Program-made: the position numbers and the translations under genes
Shown: positions 1 to 13,395 of the stretch, piece after piece
Position numbering within the stretch: position 1 is the first letter of the stretch
Layout of the letters: each line of letters begins with the position of its first letter
NCBI RefSeq assembly: GCF_018350175.1
Contig: NC_058368.1
Coordinates: 93,312,001-93,376,000 of the forward strand
Reading direction: 5' to 3'
DNA length: 64,000 bases
From: Felis catus
Taxonomy: Eukaryota
Notes under the pieces: model-generated
Databases searched by the model: none
Told to the model about the DNA's origin: nothing
The model's input: only the letters and a program-made list of their open reading frames with translations

Positions 1-663
1 AAAAAAAATAATAATAATAAACTATTGGGACTACATCAAAATAAAAAACTTCTATACAATGAAGGAAACAATCAAGAAAACTAAAAAGCAACCTACCAAA
101 TGGTAGAAGATATTTGCAAATGACATATCCAATAAAGGGTTACTATCCAAAACATAAAAAGAACTTATACAACTCAACACCAAAACCCCAAATGATTCAG
201 TTAAGAACTGGGCAGAAGACACAAACAGACATTTATCCAAAGAAGGCATCCAGGTGGTCAACAAGCACATGAAAAGATGCTCAACATCACTCATCATCAG
301 GAAAATACATATCAAAACTACAATGAGGTATCACCTCACATCTGTCAGAATGCCTAAATTCAGTAACATGAGAAACAACAAGCATTGGCAAGCATGTAGA
401 GAAAAAGGAACCCTCTTACACTGTGGGTGTGGATGCAAACTGGTGGAGCCACTCTAGAAAACGGTATGGAGGTTCCTCAAAAAGTTACAAAAAGAACTAC
501 CTTGTGATCTAGTAATCAGACTACTAGGTATTTACCCAAAGAATACAAAAACATGAATTCAAAGGGATACCTGCACCCTTATGTGCAGAGCAGTGTTATT
601 TACAATAGGCAAAGTATGGAAGCAGCCTGAGTGTCCATCAATAGATGAATGGATAAAGATGTG

Positions 664-713
<50 letters not shown>

Positions 714-837
714 GACACATTGTATATATAAGAGTTGTGCTTACAGAGTTGTGCAGATGTGCCTAAGTTTGAATCATAATTCTACTCTTTATTAGATTTA
801 GAGGAATCTGTTAGATCTCCCTTATCTGCAACTTCAA

Positions 838-889
<52 letters not shown>

Positions 890-930
890 TATATATATGT
901 ATATATATATATATATATATAATGTGAAAT

Positions 931-961
<31 letters not shown>

Positions 962-1366
962 TACACATATATACATATGTGCCATGGAATATCTTTCAGC
1001 CATAAAAAAAGAATGAAATCTTGCTATTTGCAACAATATGGATAGAGTTACAGAGCATAATGCTAGGCAAAATAAATCAGAGAAAGATAAAAAAAACCAT
1101 ATGATTTCACTCATATGTGGAATTTAAGAAACAAAAATGATCAAAGGAAAAATAAAAAGAGAGAGAAAGAGGTAAACCAAGAAATACACTCTTAACAATA
1201 GAGAACAAACTCATGGTTACCACAGGGGAGTAATGAGGGGGGAATGGGGATTAAGGAAGATATTTGTTGTCACGAGCACCCCGTGTTGTAGGAAAGTGTT
1301 GAATCACTATATTGTACACCTGAAACTAATATAACACCATACGTTAACTACACCAGAATTTTTAAA
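1..1366 (+). mobile_element. L1 3' portion (ORF2 end and 3' UTR)
   Basis: [26 protein letters not shown]2 C-terminal motif; carnivore L1 3' UTR; interrupted by microsatellites. Confidence 0.95.
666..980. repeat. Compound (TG)n/(TA)n/(CA)n microsatellite enclosing a 100-bp insert
   Basis: Direct reading. Confidence 0.95.
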
Positions 1367-1424
1367 AATGTTTGAAAGACTTAATCTGATGCAACACTTA
1401 AATACTCTTTAGAACTATTCTCTA

Positions 1425-1640
1425 GGGGCACCTGAGTGACTTAGTCGGTTGGGTGTCAGAATCTTGGTTTCAGCTCAGGTCATGAACTCATGGTTCAAGG
1501 GTTCAAGCCCCATATCGGGCTCTGTGCTGACAGTGTGGAGCCTGCTTGGGACTCTCTCTCTCCCCACTCCCTCTCTCTCTATCCCTATCCTGCTTGTACT
1601 CTAAATAAATAAACTTTAAAAATAAACTTTAAAAAATTTC
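1425..1640 (+). mobile_element. CAN-SINE
   Basis: ggggcacctgagtgacttagtcggtt head, (CT)n, A-rich tail. Confidence 0.9.
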
Positions 1641-2299
1641 AAAAATATATTTCTGTAAATGGAGATGTTTTAAAACCCAAGAATCTTAATAATTGCATCC
1701 TGATCAAAGTTTGGAGAATCAGAGCATTTACAATTTGGCATCTTACTGTATGAAGATGAAATTTAACTGTTATGAGAAAACACAATGTAAGCTATAATCA
1801 GGCTTCTGTATTAGTCCATTGACCCCAAAGTCTCATTTGCTTACAGAGTTGTGCAGATGTGCCTAAGTTTGAGGCATATTTCTACTCTTTATTAGATTTA
1901 GAGGAATCTGTTAGATCTCCCTTATCTGTAACTTCAACAATAAAATTAAAATTTTTTTAAATGTCAACTTCATGTATTTCCTTCTAATTTTATAAGCTGT
2001 TTGAGAAAGAACAACATTTTCAATCTTGTGCAACTTCCAACCACCTAGTTACAGTGTTTGTAAATCACTTTTAAATCACTACAGTGTTACATAAGGAACA
2101 TGAGAGTTAAATCAACACTCCAAAAAACACCTGACTGCCCTCACTGCTGATACACTCTCCAGAGGACAGCTATGTTTCATCTGAGAATCAGCTTTGCATC
2201 CCTATCTTGGCCAATCCCAGAGGCTTTCTGCACGAGTACAAGCAACTTCAATATTACACTTTTACTGTGAAAAGAGTGATATTAAGACTTGTGAGCTAA

Positions 2300-4200
2300 T
2301 GTCATCAAAATGGCAGAATAGGAGTTTTCTACCATCTCCTACAAAGAATGTCGCTTTTAACAGTTACCCAGAGAGTGCCTCTGTGGAAGGCAGGGAAGCT
2401 AGTGGAGAAGTTCCAGCACAGCATTGGAGCAAAAAAATATTCAAGATTGCATGTACTGAAGAGGATAAAGACAACCGTTTCATTTTACTTCTGCCATTCC
2501 TCCCCCAAGGCACTGCAGTACTGAGAGACACCTTTCCGTCTCATGATTTCTCCCATAGGGGAAGCGAGGGTGTGTAAGTGAGCACCCAGCTTCCCCAGCT
2601 GTGCAGGATGCTGCCAAAGAGTCCCATTTCTTTCTCACCCCATCCAGAATTCTAAGGTGTGCCAAGTGACCAGGAGACACAGACTGGCTGGGAGATCAAA
2701 GAGACACAAATCCTAGTAACCTTTTCATGAACTCCATCAGGAGGCCCATCCACAAACCACTGGGGATGCCTCTCCTACAGATCCCACCACCTGCATTGCA
2801 GGCACCCAACGTTCTGCACAACTGACCGACACACACCCTGATCTTGTGGCCAGCTCCCTACGCACACCCCAATGGCAACAAGAGTAAGTCTTTGCAGGCG
2901 ACTGGTGAGCATGTGAGGAAAGAAAGGTGGCCTGATTCTGTCAGTTTGGGAGAAAGCACACAGGGTGCATTCATTACCACCACAGGGAAAGCAAACAGGA
3001 GGCTGTCAGCAACTGGCCTGACTTTACTGGATCAAGAGAAGGCATACAATCTTAAGAATTCCCTGCCAAGGTGGAATAAGAAGTGTAGAGCAGGAATATA
3101 CAGAGAAAGGTCTGAGAAAACCTCAGAATCCCTAACACAGTAGATGCAGGGTATTTCTCTCTCAAAGCCCATCAGTAAAGACTGGAGGAGGTGACAGCTT
3201 TTTAAATGTAAGACAGCGAAGCAAGGCTTTGAGGAACAGGAAAAATCAAGGAAATATGACACCAGCAAAACGAATATAATTTCTGAGTCTCTTACCTCAA
3301 ACATCTGTGATTTGCCTGATGGAAAATTCAGAAGAGTTGTTTTAAGGAAGGTAAGTGAGCTACAAGAAAACACAAAGATAATTTAACAAAATTTGTAAAA
3401 CAATACACACACAAAACAAGTTAAACAGAGAAACAGAAATCATAAAGAACCAAATAAATTCTGGGATGAAAAATACAATGAATGAAATGAAAAATGCAGT
3501 AGAGAATCTCTCAGCAGACTGCATGAAGCAGAATAAAGAATCTGTGAAGTAGAAGACAGGTGAGTTGAAATTACATGAATAGAACTGGAAGGTATTATGC
3601 TAAGTGAAATAAATCAGTCAGAGAAGGACAGATACCATATGTTTTCACTCATATGTAGATCCTGAGAAACTTAACAGAAGACCATGGGGGAGGGGAAGGG
3701 AAAAAAAAAGTTAGAGAGGGAGGGAGACAAACCATAAGAGACTCTTAAGAACTGAGAATAAACTGAGGGCTGATGGGGGGTGGGAAGGAGAGGTGGGTGG
3801 GAGGGAGAGGTGGGTGGGTGATGGGCATTGAGGAGGGCACCTGTTGGGATGAGCACTGGGTGTTCAATGTAAGTGATGAATCATAGGAATCTACTCCCAA
3901 AACCAAGAGCAAACTGTACACACTGTATGTTAGTCAATTTGACAATAAATTATATTTTTTAAAAAAAGAAATTGTCCAGTCAGATAATAACAAATGAAAA
4001 AGAGTCAAGACTACGTGAAGTACGAGGTACCATTAAGAGAAACAATTTACACGTATTACTGGAGTCTAAGAAGGAGAAGAAAAAAAAGGGGGGGCAGTAC
4101 AGAAAAGTTAATTAAAGAATTGATGGCTGAGAACTTCTCAAATCTGGGGAGAGATTTAGACATCCACGTTTGTGAAGATCCTAAATCTCTAAAAAGTTTT
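2300..4200 (+). mobile_element. Decayed L1 5' UTR and ORF1
   Basis: aaaatggcagaatagg start; ORF1-like LMAENFSNLGRDLDIHV. Confidence 0.8.
3576..3968 (+). mobile_element. Younger felid L1 3' end nested in older L1 ORF1
   Basis: L1 3' UTR (gaactggaaggtattatgctaagtgaaat...), AATAAA and A tail; gaaatt on both sides. Confidence 0.9.
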
Positions 4201-4210
4201 TCCAAGCTAC

Positions 4211-4419
4211 TTCATTCATTCATTCATTCATTCATTCATTCATTCAGAGAGAGCATGAGAGCATGAGTGGGAGAGGGTCAGAGAAAGAAAATCCCAAGCA
4301 GGCTCCACGCTGTCAGCACAGAGCCCGACATGGGGCTTCAATCCATGAACCAAGAAGATCATGATGTGAGCTGAAATCAAAAGTCAGATGCTTAACTGTA
4401 TGAGCCTCCCAGGCACCCC
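4211..4419 (-). mobile_element. CAN-SINE with (TTCA)n tail
   Basis: Reverse SINE consensus ending ccaggcacccc. Confidence 0.9.
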
Positions 4420-4703
4420 ACTAAGTTCATCACTTTCCAGAAGCATAAAGAAAAGTAAATTGGTAGGGCATCATTAACCATAAATTATATTGACATTGGA
4501 TATATGTTACATATCTATAAAATACTGTATATATCTCAAAATATTGGACTATTTGATGACTGAATATTGCTACATAATTTTCTTCTATTGTCTCACATCC
4601 TTTTTGAGAGGGAGATTTCATGGGATTTGAAATGTATAAACTGTGTAAATAAGATGGAGTTCAAATAAGTCGGTTATGTTGTATACATAATATACATGTA
4701 CAC

Positions 4704-5257
4704 GCAGTTACTCATTGAACAATACAGGATTAAGAGGAATGTCCTCTGTACTGTGGGAAAATCGACATATAACTTTTGACTCCCCCCCAAAACTGAATTA
4801 CTAATAGCCTACAGCTGACCAGAAGCCTTCGTGATAACCTGAAGAGTTGATTAACACATATTTTGTATGCCTATATGCATCACATACGGTATTCTTTTTA
4901 TTTTTTTTAACATTTATTTTTGAGAGACAAAGAGAAACAGAGTATGAGCAGGGGAGGGGCAGAGAGAGGGAGACACAGAATTCGAAGTGGGCTTCAGGCT
5001 CTGAGCTGTCAGCACAGAGCCCGATACAGGGCTCAAACTCACAAACCACAAGATCATGACCTGAGCCGAAGTCGGACGCTTAACTGAGCCACCCCGGCGC
5101 CCCTCACATACGGTGTTTTTGTAATAAAGCTAGAGAAAAGAAAAGGTTGACAAAATCATAAGATAAAATACACTTACAGTACCATACAAGGTTTACTGGA
5201 AAAAATCCACATAAGTGGATCCACTCAGTCCAAACCCATGCTGCTCAAGAGTCAACT
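4704..5257. mobile_element. Tigger2/MER8-like MITE containing a SINE
   Basis: Terminal inverted repeats cagttactcattgaaca ... tgctcaagagtcaact. Confidence 0.75.
4893..5103 (-). mobile_element. CAN-SINE
   Basis: Reverse consensus; TSD tcacatacggt. Confidence 0.95.
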
Positions 5258-6199
5258 AAAAGTATTTGTCTTTTTTGTACTTCCTCACTTCCTCAGATTC
5301 TTAATCTCCTCATCTGTAGAGTTGGAGGGTCCAACTAACTGGTCTCTAATGTATAAGTGAGTGGGTGACTTTGAGCTCAGTCTAACTTGATAGGAAACCC
5401 ATGGGCTTCATATATGGCAGCTAGGTCATGGGAAGAGTTTGCTCTAGTGTTCATACTCACTGAGACTACCAGTGTGGCCTCACCTGTGTTCCCTCTATGG
5501 TGCTCAGAGGCTTAACATATCTGATAATTGCAGATATTCATAGCAACTCTCCCATGTAGGATACCTGGGGAAGGGTTAAGATCAAGGAAATTAGACTGTC
5601 ACCGCAGTAAGGCCTGGATTTTAATCAGTTATGCAGGGAAGTGACCTCATCTCAAAAGTCCCTTATGCTCACATGGAAAAAAAAAAAGGCTTTGACTCAT
5701 TGGACTCATTTGAAAATCCCTGTTGTGAATTGTTAAAGCCATGATAATTTTGATTAACAAGAGTGCTGGCTACTTAGGACCTTTTCAACCTAAGCCCTAG
5801 GTAGCCATTGACATTTTCCTTTTTTTTTTTTTATCAGTTTTTGTTCACCTAAGTATATAGAAAGGGACCGTGGGAGTTTGTGTGGGGAATATAACAAGAT
5901 GGTCCACGCAATTATGACGGGTATTACTTAGTAACTTGATGGCAACCTGAGTGAGCAGCAAATCATAAGTTTCCATTTCCTCCCACAACCATGTTACTGG
6001 TCACATCTGGACCTTGAGTTCTGATTTAAACTATTCATTAAGTTTCCATTCTATGGCTCAAAGAGGTGTTCCAAACTCACGTTAGGCAATTTGATCAAGC
6101 ATAACTTTTAGATTATTTTTGGAAGATAGTGGTAGTCTCCCAAAAGTTTGAGATGGGTGAGGGTTAGCTATTCCCCAACAACTTTGCTAACAGTTATAA

Positions 6200-6630
6200 G
6201 GAAAATATGGAACCACATCTTCACGATCTGAGCATGGTCGAAGCCTCCTTAGATAGGAAACCAAATATAAGCAACAAGAACAAAAAAATATTTTAAAAAG
6301 GAAAAAAAGATAAACTGGACATTATCACTACTTAAAAATTTGGTGCTTCCAAGGATACCATCAAGAAAGTGGAAAGCTAACCCACAAAATAAGAGAAATG
6401 CTTGCACATCACCTATCTGATATGGGACTTTTATCTCGGATAAAGAATGCTCACAACACAATAATAAAAAGACATAAAAACCAAAAATTTTACATAGGTA
6501 AGTGATCTGAACAGGTACATCTCCAAAAAAGATATACAACTGGTCAAAAGCCACATAAAAAGATGTTCCACATCATTAGCCATCAGGGAAATGCAAAGCA
6601 ACACACACAAGATACCACTTCACACCTGCT
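6200..6630 (+). mobile_element. Old L1 ORF2 fragment
   Basis: aagatgttccacatcattagccatcagggaaatgcaaa motif. Confidence 0.85.
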
Positions 6631-7284
6631 GGGAACTAGCCACTGTTGGGAAAACATTTTTATTTAAAAGGAATCATGGCTGATAGATGAAGCTCCTTTA
6701 ATATAATAGGAAGCACAGAGAATTCTTTGTCCATTGTTCCTAAGAATACTACATGGTTAAAGTCCTTAAATGAAACAAAATTACACTATTTGAGTGTCTT
6801 CAAAAACACCCTTAAATCAACAAATGTTGAATCATGTAGAAATGGATTTTAAAATTACATACATGCTTACTGTCAGTTATATTTCTTTCTAATTTTGCAA
6901 ATGAATTTGATGTGCTAATGGATCACCCTTTCACTCTGGATGGATTTCTCCTGAGTAGCAGTTGATGCTACTGCTAATGCTTGTCTCAAGAGTGTGATAC
7001 TTGCTGATTCTTAGTGTGTTCATTGACATAGCTGGTTCCTCCAAGAATCTAGTATGCAGTTAGGATAAACTGACAGTAGGGAAATAGCAGGGATCCTTAG
7101 CTGTTAAAACCTGAAGGTCTAAAGACCTAGATTTCCTGTAACATTATCTGAAGGCAAAATAAATGCTGTCTTTTGTCTCGATTACATTGGTTTTTCTCTA
7201 TAACTGAAAGCAATCAGCCAAGACCCAGAAAATACCACTCTTGCAAAGATTCATTTGAACATGATTTTAAAGAAACATAAACTC

Positions 7285-7487
7285 AGGATCCCTGGGTAGT
7301 TCAGTCAGTTAAGCATCCAACTCTTGGTTTTGGCTTAGGTCATGATCTCACAGTTTGGTTCATGGGATAGAGCCCCATGTCAGACTCTGCACTGACAGCG
7401 CAGAGCCTGCTTGGGATTTTCCTGCCACTCCCCTGCTCACTTGCTCTCTCTCTCTCTCTCTCAAAATGAATAAACATTTAAAAAAAG
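7285..7487 (+). mobile_element. CAN-SINE
   Basis: Consensus; TSD aaagaaa(c/t)ataaactca. Confidence 0.9.
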
Positions 7488-7985
7488 AAATATAAACTCA
7501 CAGGTAGTTAATATGTCTTGCTGTTAATCTCCAACTACCAATACTCATGGTAGAATATATGCCCAAATTTCAGAGCCAGAATTGAACTGTATGTGTCTTT
7601 CTACCAACTCTGTTCATTCTTCCTGCAGTCAAATATCCTATGTTGGATACATCTCCAGAGTTCACCCATGGCTTTAACTCTACAATTCAGGGATACAGAT
7701 ACTTTGGTATCAAAAGGAGTTACCTTTCATATCTGCCTATGGCTTTCACCAATTATCCAGTGACTCCAAAAACGTTACTAATGGAACAGACTTTTATATT
7801 TGGATCTTATCATCCTCCAAATTTCTGCTATGCTTGCTCTGCCCACCTTGCACCTAGATTTCCCCCACCATTTCATCATTTATAAGAAGAGATCAGTCAC
7901 ACCTCCTCTGGATTTTTGCTTTCTTACCAATAATTTCCTCATAGATCATTTTTTAAATTTAGAAGCATATTACCAACTCCATTTA

Positions 7986-8198
7986 TTTTAAAAAAAATTT
8001 TAAATGTTTGTTTATTTTTGACAGAGAAACAGTGCAAGTGGGGGAGGAGCAGAGAGAGAGGCAGACACAGAATCTGAAGCAGGCTCCAGGCTCCAACCTG
8101 TCAGCACAGAGCTTGATGCGGGGCTCGAGCTCACAAGCCATGAGATCATGACCTGAGCCGAAGTCGGGTGCTTAACCGACTGAGCCACCAAGGTGCCC
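7986..8198 (-). mobile_element. CAN-SINE
   Basis: Reverse consensus; TSD ttaccaactccatttat. Confidence 0.95.
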
Positions 8199-8849
8199 TT
8201 TACCAACTCCATTTATAAGTTTCTGCATTCCCACAACACTCTTAACTAATATCTGGCTTCTGTCAATTTACAACTGAGGCTTTTTTTACTGTAAGATTAT
8301 ATTAAATCACTCTTCTCAAAGAGGGTCTCACTATTATAAATAAATATAAGCTTTACTAAAATATAACTTTGAAAATACACTTAACTAAAGTTGTAAGAAA
8401 AATAAGAAGTGGTAGGGAGATCATCTTCTTAGCTGAGGAAAAGCGGTGTTCTTAACACACAAGCGAAGAGTAAATATAACTGATTTGGGATGAGAGAGAC
8501 AGTGACTGAAAGGCCATGAGTTCACAAGAAAGAACAACTAGAAAATATTCAAGCCTGACTTTAAAGAATGAACACAAATGAAAACAACCTAACACAAGAT
8601 AACAGCAAAATACTCAGAGCACGTAACAGAAAAGAAGTTTATCCTTGATAAATAATGAACTCTTTCAAATCCAAAAAGAGAAGTATCCATGAAAAATGGG
8701 AAAGGTAATTATGAGGCGAAAAGATATAGCTGGTTAATACTTGTATAAAGACACATTCAATCTTACTAGTAACCAAAGGGATAGAAATGTAAATGATAGG
8801 CTTCTATTTTCAGACTAAGAAAAATGGAAAATCACAATATTGAAATTTC

Positions 8850-9362
8850 TTTCTGTTCCTACTGCTGCATAACCAATTCTTCCAAACTTTGGCCACTTAA
8901 AACCACCATTTAAGTCTGTTCCCAGATTCTGTGGGCCAGGAAATTCAGAAAGGGCACAGCAGAGCAGCTTTGTATGTGGGGCCCCAGCTGACAAGAGTCA
9001 AAAGCTAGAGGTGACTGGAAGCTGGGGCCAGGAATCTCTTGGAGTGGTCTTCTCTCACATGGCTGTGAAAAAACCGATCTGGGGCTGTGGGCCCGAATAC
9101 CACATGTGTCATACCCATGATGCTTGGCGTGGAGGCCTCCAAACACAGAGGTCCCAATGGAAGCAGGTAGACACTGACCACCTTTTATGACCCAGCCTTG
9201 GGAGTCACTTATCAAATCAAGTGAAGTCACAAACCTGCCCAGATTCACGGGGAGGGAAGAGAGGCCGTCACTCTGGGAGGAGTGTCAAAGTGTCATTGTA
9301 TAAAGCCCAGGTGAGAAGGGAGTTTCTATTATGGCCATCCTTAGAAAATATAATTCGCCACA
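8850..9362. mobile_element. MLT1 (MaLR) solo LTR
   Basis: ccttttatgacccagccttgggagtcac and gtcacaaacctgcccagattca motifs. Confidence 0.75.
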
Positions 9363-9597
9363 GAGAAATCATAGAAAAAAGAGGTGTGCTCTCAAAGAAT
9401 GCCAAATGTAAACTGGTATCTTTCTGAAGGTAAAACTGGCAATGTGAACCAGTGGTGTCATCAATGTTCCTGTTTTGGCCGTTACCTGCTAAAATAAACT
9501 TTTCGCCTCTAGATCATATTCTAAATAAAAAATAGATCTATTTCACTTCTCAAATGCATCAATTAATGATCTTGCAAGTATAAGAAAGTGATATTTG

Positions 9598-9825
9598 AGG
9601 GGTGCCTGGGGGGCTTGATCAGTTAGGCATCCGACCAGCTCCAGTCACGATCTCGAGGTTCACGAGTTCAAGCCCCACATCAGGCTCTGTGCTGACAGCT
9701 CGGAGCCTGGAGCCTGCTTCAGATTCTGTGGCTCCCTCTCTCTCTGCCTCTCCCCTGCTCATGCTCTGTCTCTGTCTCTCTGTCTCTCTCTCCTTGTCTC
9801 TCATAAATAAACATTAAAAAAAAAT
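9598..9825 (+). mobile_element. CAN-SINE
   Basis: Consensus head, (CT)n, A tail. Confidence 0.95.
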
Positions 9826-10339
9826 TTTTTTTAATGAGGTTTTATAACACCTCATTTAATGCAGATTTTTTTTTCCTGGAATACGTTTAACCAAATGAAT
9901 TCAAGACTCAAGCTATATACATTCATTCCACAAATAACCACTGACTTCCTACTATGTGCCAGGAGCTCTTCTAGGTGTTGATCAAACTGGATACCATCTT
10001 TGCTTTTATGGATTTAAAATAGATTGGAGGGTTAGATATTAAATAACTAAACAATTATAATCTGTGAAAATTGCTTTTTTCAGATAGAATTAAGGAATTA
10101 ACACTTACATTGACACCAGAATTATTACTAGAAATTTACTACGTGAGTGCTGGAGAGAGATTGTAGGCAAGGGGGAGAATTCATAAAAAGCCATGAAGCA
10201 GGAAATAGGTTGGCACAGTGGAGAAACATGAGGAAAGCCAATGCTTCCTTGATGTATTCTTGTAAGGGGGACAAGGGCCTAAGAGGATACCAGAGAGGTA
10301 AACAGGACCCAGACAGACCCATGGTCTTATATCCATATA

Positions 10340-10360
10340 TTTTGTTTAATGTTTATTTCT

Positions 10361-10404
<44 letters not shown>

Positions 10405-10580
10405 CAGATAATGAGTGGGGGAGGGGCAGAGAGAGAGGGAGACACAGAATCAGAAGCAGGCTCCATCCAGGCTCTGAGCTGCCAGCACAGAGCCCAACAC
10501 GGGGATCAAACTCACAAACCGTGAGATCGTGACCTGAGTTTAAGTCGGTCGCTCAACCGACTGAGCCATCCAGGCACCCC
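10340..10580 (-). mobile_element. CAN-SINE
   Basis: Reverse consensus. Confidence 0.95.
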
Positions 10581-11079
10581 GGCCTTATATCGTAATAAAC
10601 ATTTTATATTATCTCTGCATCGAGAACTCTTAAAAGATTTCAAAGCAGAATCACAATGTTGTCTCATTTATTTATATTGTAAAAACACGGCTCCGACTTT
10701 TCTCTAAAGAATGTAGATAAGGAGAATACAAGAAGGGAAGACTAATTAAAAGTCTGCTGCAGTTATCCACCAAGTGTAGCCCAGACTAGTATCGGCAGTG
10801 AACATGAGTTAAGGTATACGTTTGGTAGCGAAGAGAAGTTCATTGGGTGTTCAAAACCCAAGACCAAAAGTGTTTATACCACTCATTAATATAAATGAAA
10901 ATTTTCCTTCTAGAAGATAACCTGGCAATATGTTGAAAACTTGTAACGTGACGTTACTCCCTTTAATCCAGCAATTCCATCTCTAGGGCATTGATCACAA
11001 GGAATCATGATGGATATGTGCCAAGAGTTAACTCAAGAGATATTTCAAGCAACAATGTTATAACTGAGCTTAGAAATTG

Positions 11080-12140
11080 TCACAAGACGGTTGGTTGCCC
11101 AGATCTTGGTTTCTAAATATGATTTTCTTCTAAGAGGAAATAGAGAACCTTGGGAAAATGGCTGATTCTGGGTCGAGGGCAGAGAAAATACAAGTGGAAC
11201 GCGGAGCACAAAGTAAGAAAGTACTCAAAAAAACACAAGGATGATGAAATATGAAAGGGACCAGAGCCAACCCCAAAGATCTCCCCATGGCCAAAACAGG
11301 AACATTTTGACTAAAAATAAATGATATATTGACAGATTATAAGCCAAAGTATAAAATAAATAAGCCCGAGTCCCCACTGATAAATACATGATTGAATCAT
11401 TACAGTGGAGAAGAGAGAAATCTACCTTACAGAAGAAATTCAAGAAATGTATGCAGACAGCCCCCTCAAGGAAATGGACCTTACTGTTACTGATCTATCT
11501 ACTCCATCCCACCATTACCCCCCACACCCTGACTGAATGTGTTTTGGACTTAGTGACTAGCTTGTGACAAACAGAGAATGGAAAGAGGGAGGAAGAGTCA
11601 CTTTGCAGTGGAAAATCTGACAAGCTCTACCTTGGCTGGACTATCAAGATTAACACTGCTGATGACAAACCATGTAGATACTGTGATTTCTCAATATAGA
11701 ATGACAGGAAGGGCCCTGTACTTTGATGGCATTCTTCCCCAAACCCATCATCCCAGTCTATCCATAAGAAACAAAAACTCAGATAAGCCCAAGTTAAGAC
11801 ACATTCTACAAGACATCTGATCTGTACTTCCCCAAATTCTCAAGCTCATGAAAAACCAAGGGAGATACTACTAGGAAGATGACCCAACACATTGTGGCCT
11901 CCGGGACTGGACCCTCAAATAGAAAAAGGGTGTTAGTGGAAATGCTACTGAAATCCTAATGAAGTCTGGACTTCGGTCAATAGGAAAGTACCAATGATCG
12001 TGTCTGAGTTTTGCCAAATATACCCTGGTTATGTAAGATGTCAACAATAGGGGAAGGTGGGTGTGGGTAAACGGGAACTCTGGACTATTTTTGTAACTTT
12101 TCTATAATTCAAAAATTATTCCAAAATAAAAAAAAATTAT
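11080..12140 (+). mobile_element. Ancient L1M 3' UTR
   Basis: gtaagatgtcaacaataggggaa...gggaactct...ttttctata...attccaaaataaaa 3'-end motif. Confidence 0.75.
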
Positions 12141-12599
12141 TTAAAAAAAAATGAACTTACAGTATGGTTGGCACAAGAATAGCACCCCTGGCATAATCAG
12201 AGAACCCCAAGAGGAGGAGCAGAGTTCCCCAGGCTGGTGAGTTCCCACCCACATTAGCTCACTGCCAGCGTCTTTTTGCTGCTTTCTTATACAAGCTTGC
12301 CTGCTGGTTATAATTTTCTTTTGAGACACTGGGAATTCTTGTAATTAACAAGAATGATTGTGTGGAATTCAATTTATAAAAAGACTATTGGTTAAACATA
12401 ATATGGCATAATCATAAAATAGAATACAGTTATAAACCTTAAAAATAATGCTATAAAATAGTACATACTGATATCGTAAAAGCTTTATAGCTTGTTATTA
12501 ATATGAGATTCCCCTGTCGGATGTTCTCATCATATTCCATACTTCTCTGTCCTAGGAATTACTGTAATTGCAATTAACTATTTTTGCTCTGAACTCTGT

Positions 12600-13200
12600 A
12601 ATGCATCTCCTCTTGGCTGAAAGGAACATCCAATGGCCTTCATCTCTCAGGACCAATGCACTTGCCTATTTTCTATTTGTCAAAATGAGTGTTTCCAAGA
12701 TATTCACATGGCCAGCCACTTCTCAATAAGACTCAGCTCTAATGTCACCTTTTGAGCAAGATTTTAATGACCACCTTATCAAAACAGTATTTGCTACCCC
12801 TATCATTCTTCCTCAGATCACTGTGCTTTATTAATCTTCACAAACATTTTCCACCTTCTTAAATTAGAGGATTATTTGTTCACTTGGCTATGGCCTGTCT
12901 ATTCCTTCCAGAACATAACCTCCATGACAAGAAGCGACTCTGCCTTTCTCCTTGCCATACCACACACAGCACCTGATCTGGGACCTCACATGAGGCAAAG
13001 ATACATAAGTGGGTCTTGGCTGGCTACATACATTTAGAATTCAACCCACAGAGGTGATGGTTGAAGCCAGAAGAATGGATGGTTGTCATTTAGGTGAAGC
13101 ATGCAGGAAGGAGAGAGCTAAAAACTGAGCCTAGGAAGGAGCCTTGATAAGCACAAAGTGGAGGAAGAGGAGTCAGAGGGAATGGAGAGAAAGAACAAAG
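12600..13200. mobile_element. L2 fragments
   Basis: ctcagctctaatgtcacc, aacctccatgacaag L2-like motifs. Confidence 0.55.
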
Positions 13201-13204
13201 TCCA

Positions 13205-13395
13205 GGGGCACCGGAGTGGCTCATTTGGTTAAGCATCCAATTCTTTAGCTCAGGTCACAATCTCACAGTTTGTGAGTTCAAGTCCCACATTGGGCTCTGC
13301 ACTAAGAGCGTGGAGCCTGCTTGGGATTCTCTCTCTCTCTTCCTCTGCCTCTCTCTCTCTCAAAATAAATAAATAAACTTAAAAAAATTTAAAAA
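13205..13395 (+). mobile_element. CAN-SINE
   Basis: Consensus; TSD aaagaacaaagtccaggg-like. Confidence 0.9.

Larger units (their letters stand above)
5560..7885 (+). pseudogene. Candidate chain of four exon-like segments of an unidentified gene (5560-5606, 5838-5920, 6901-7051, 7629-7885)
   Basis: AG/GT-bounded unique segments; the first three join in frame; third has a CAA acceptor, stops and a frameshift; protein not recognised. Confidence 0.3.

Noticed and set aside
5560..7051. Resemblance of the plus-strand peptide to polycystin (G..RIRQ.R..C) or photolyase/cryptochrome (AIMT, LDG) motifs
   Set aside because: Few identities and wrong spacing; no collinear support, so left unidentified.
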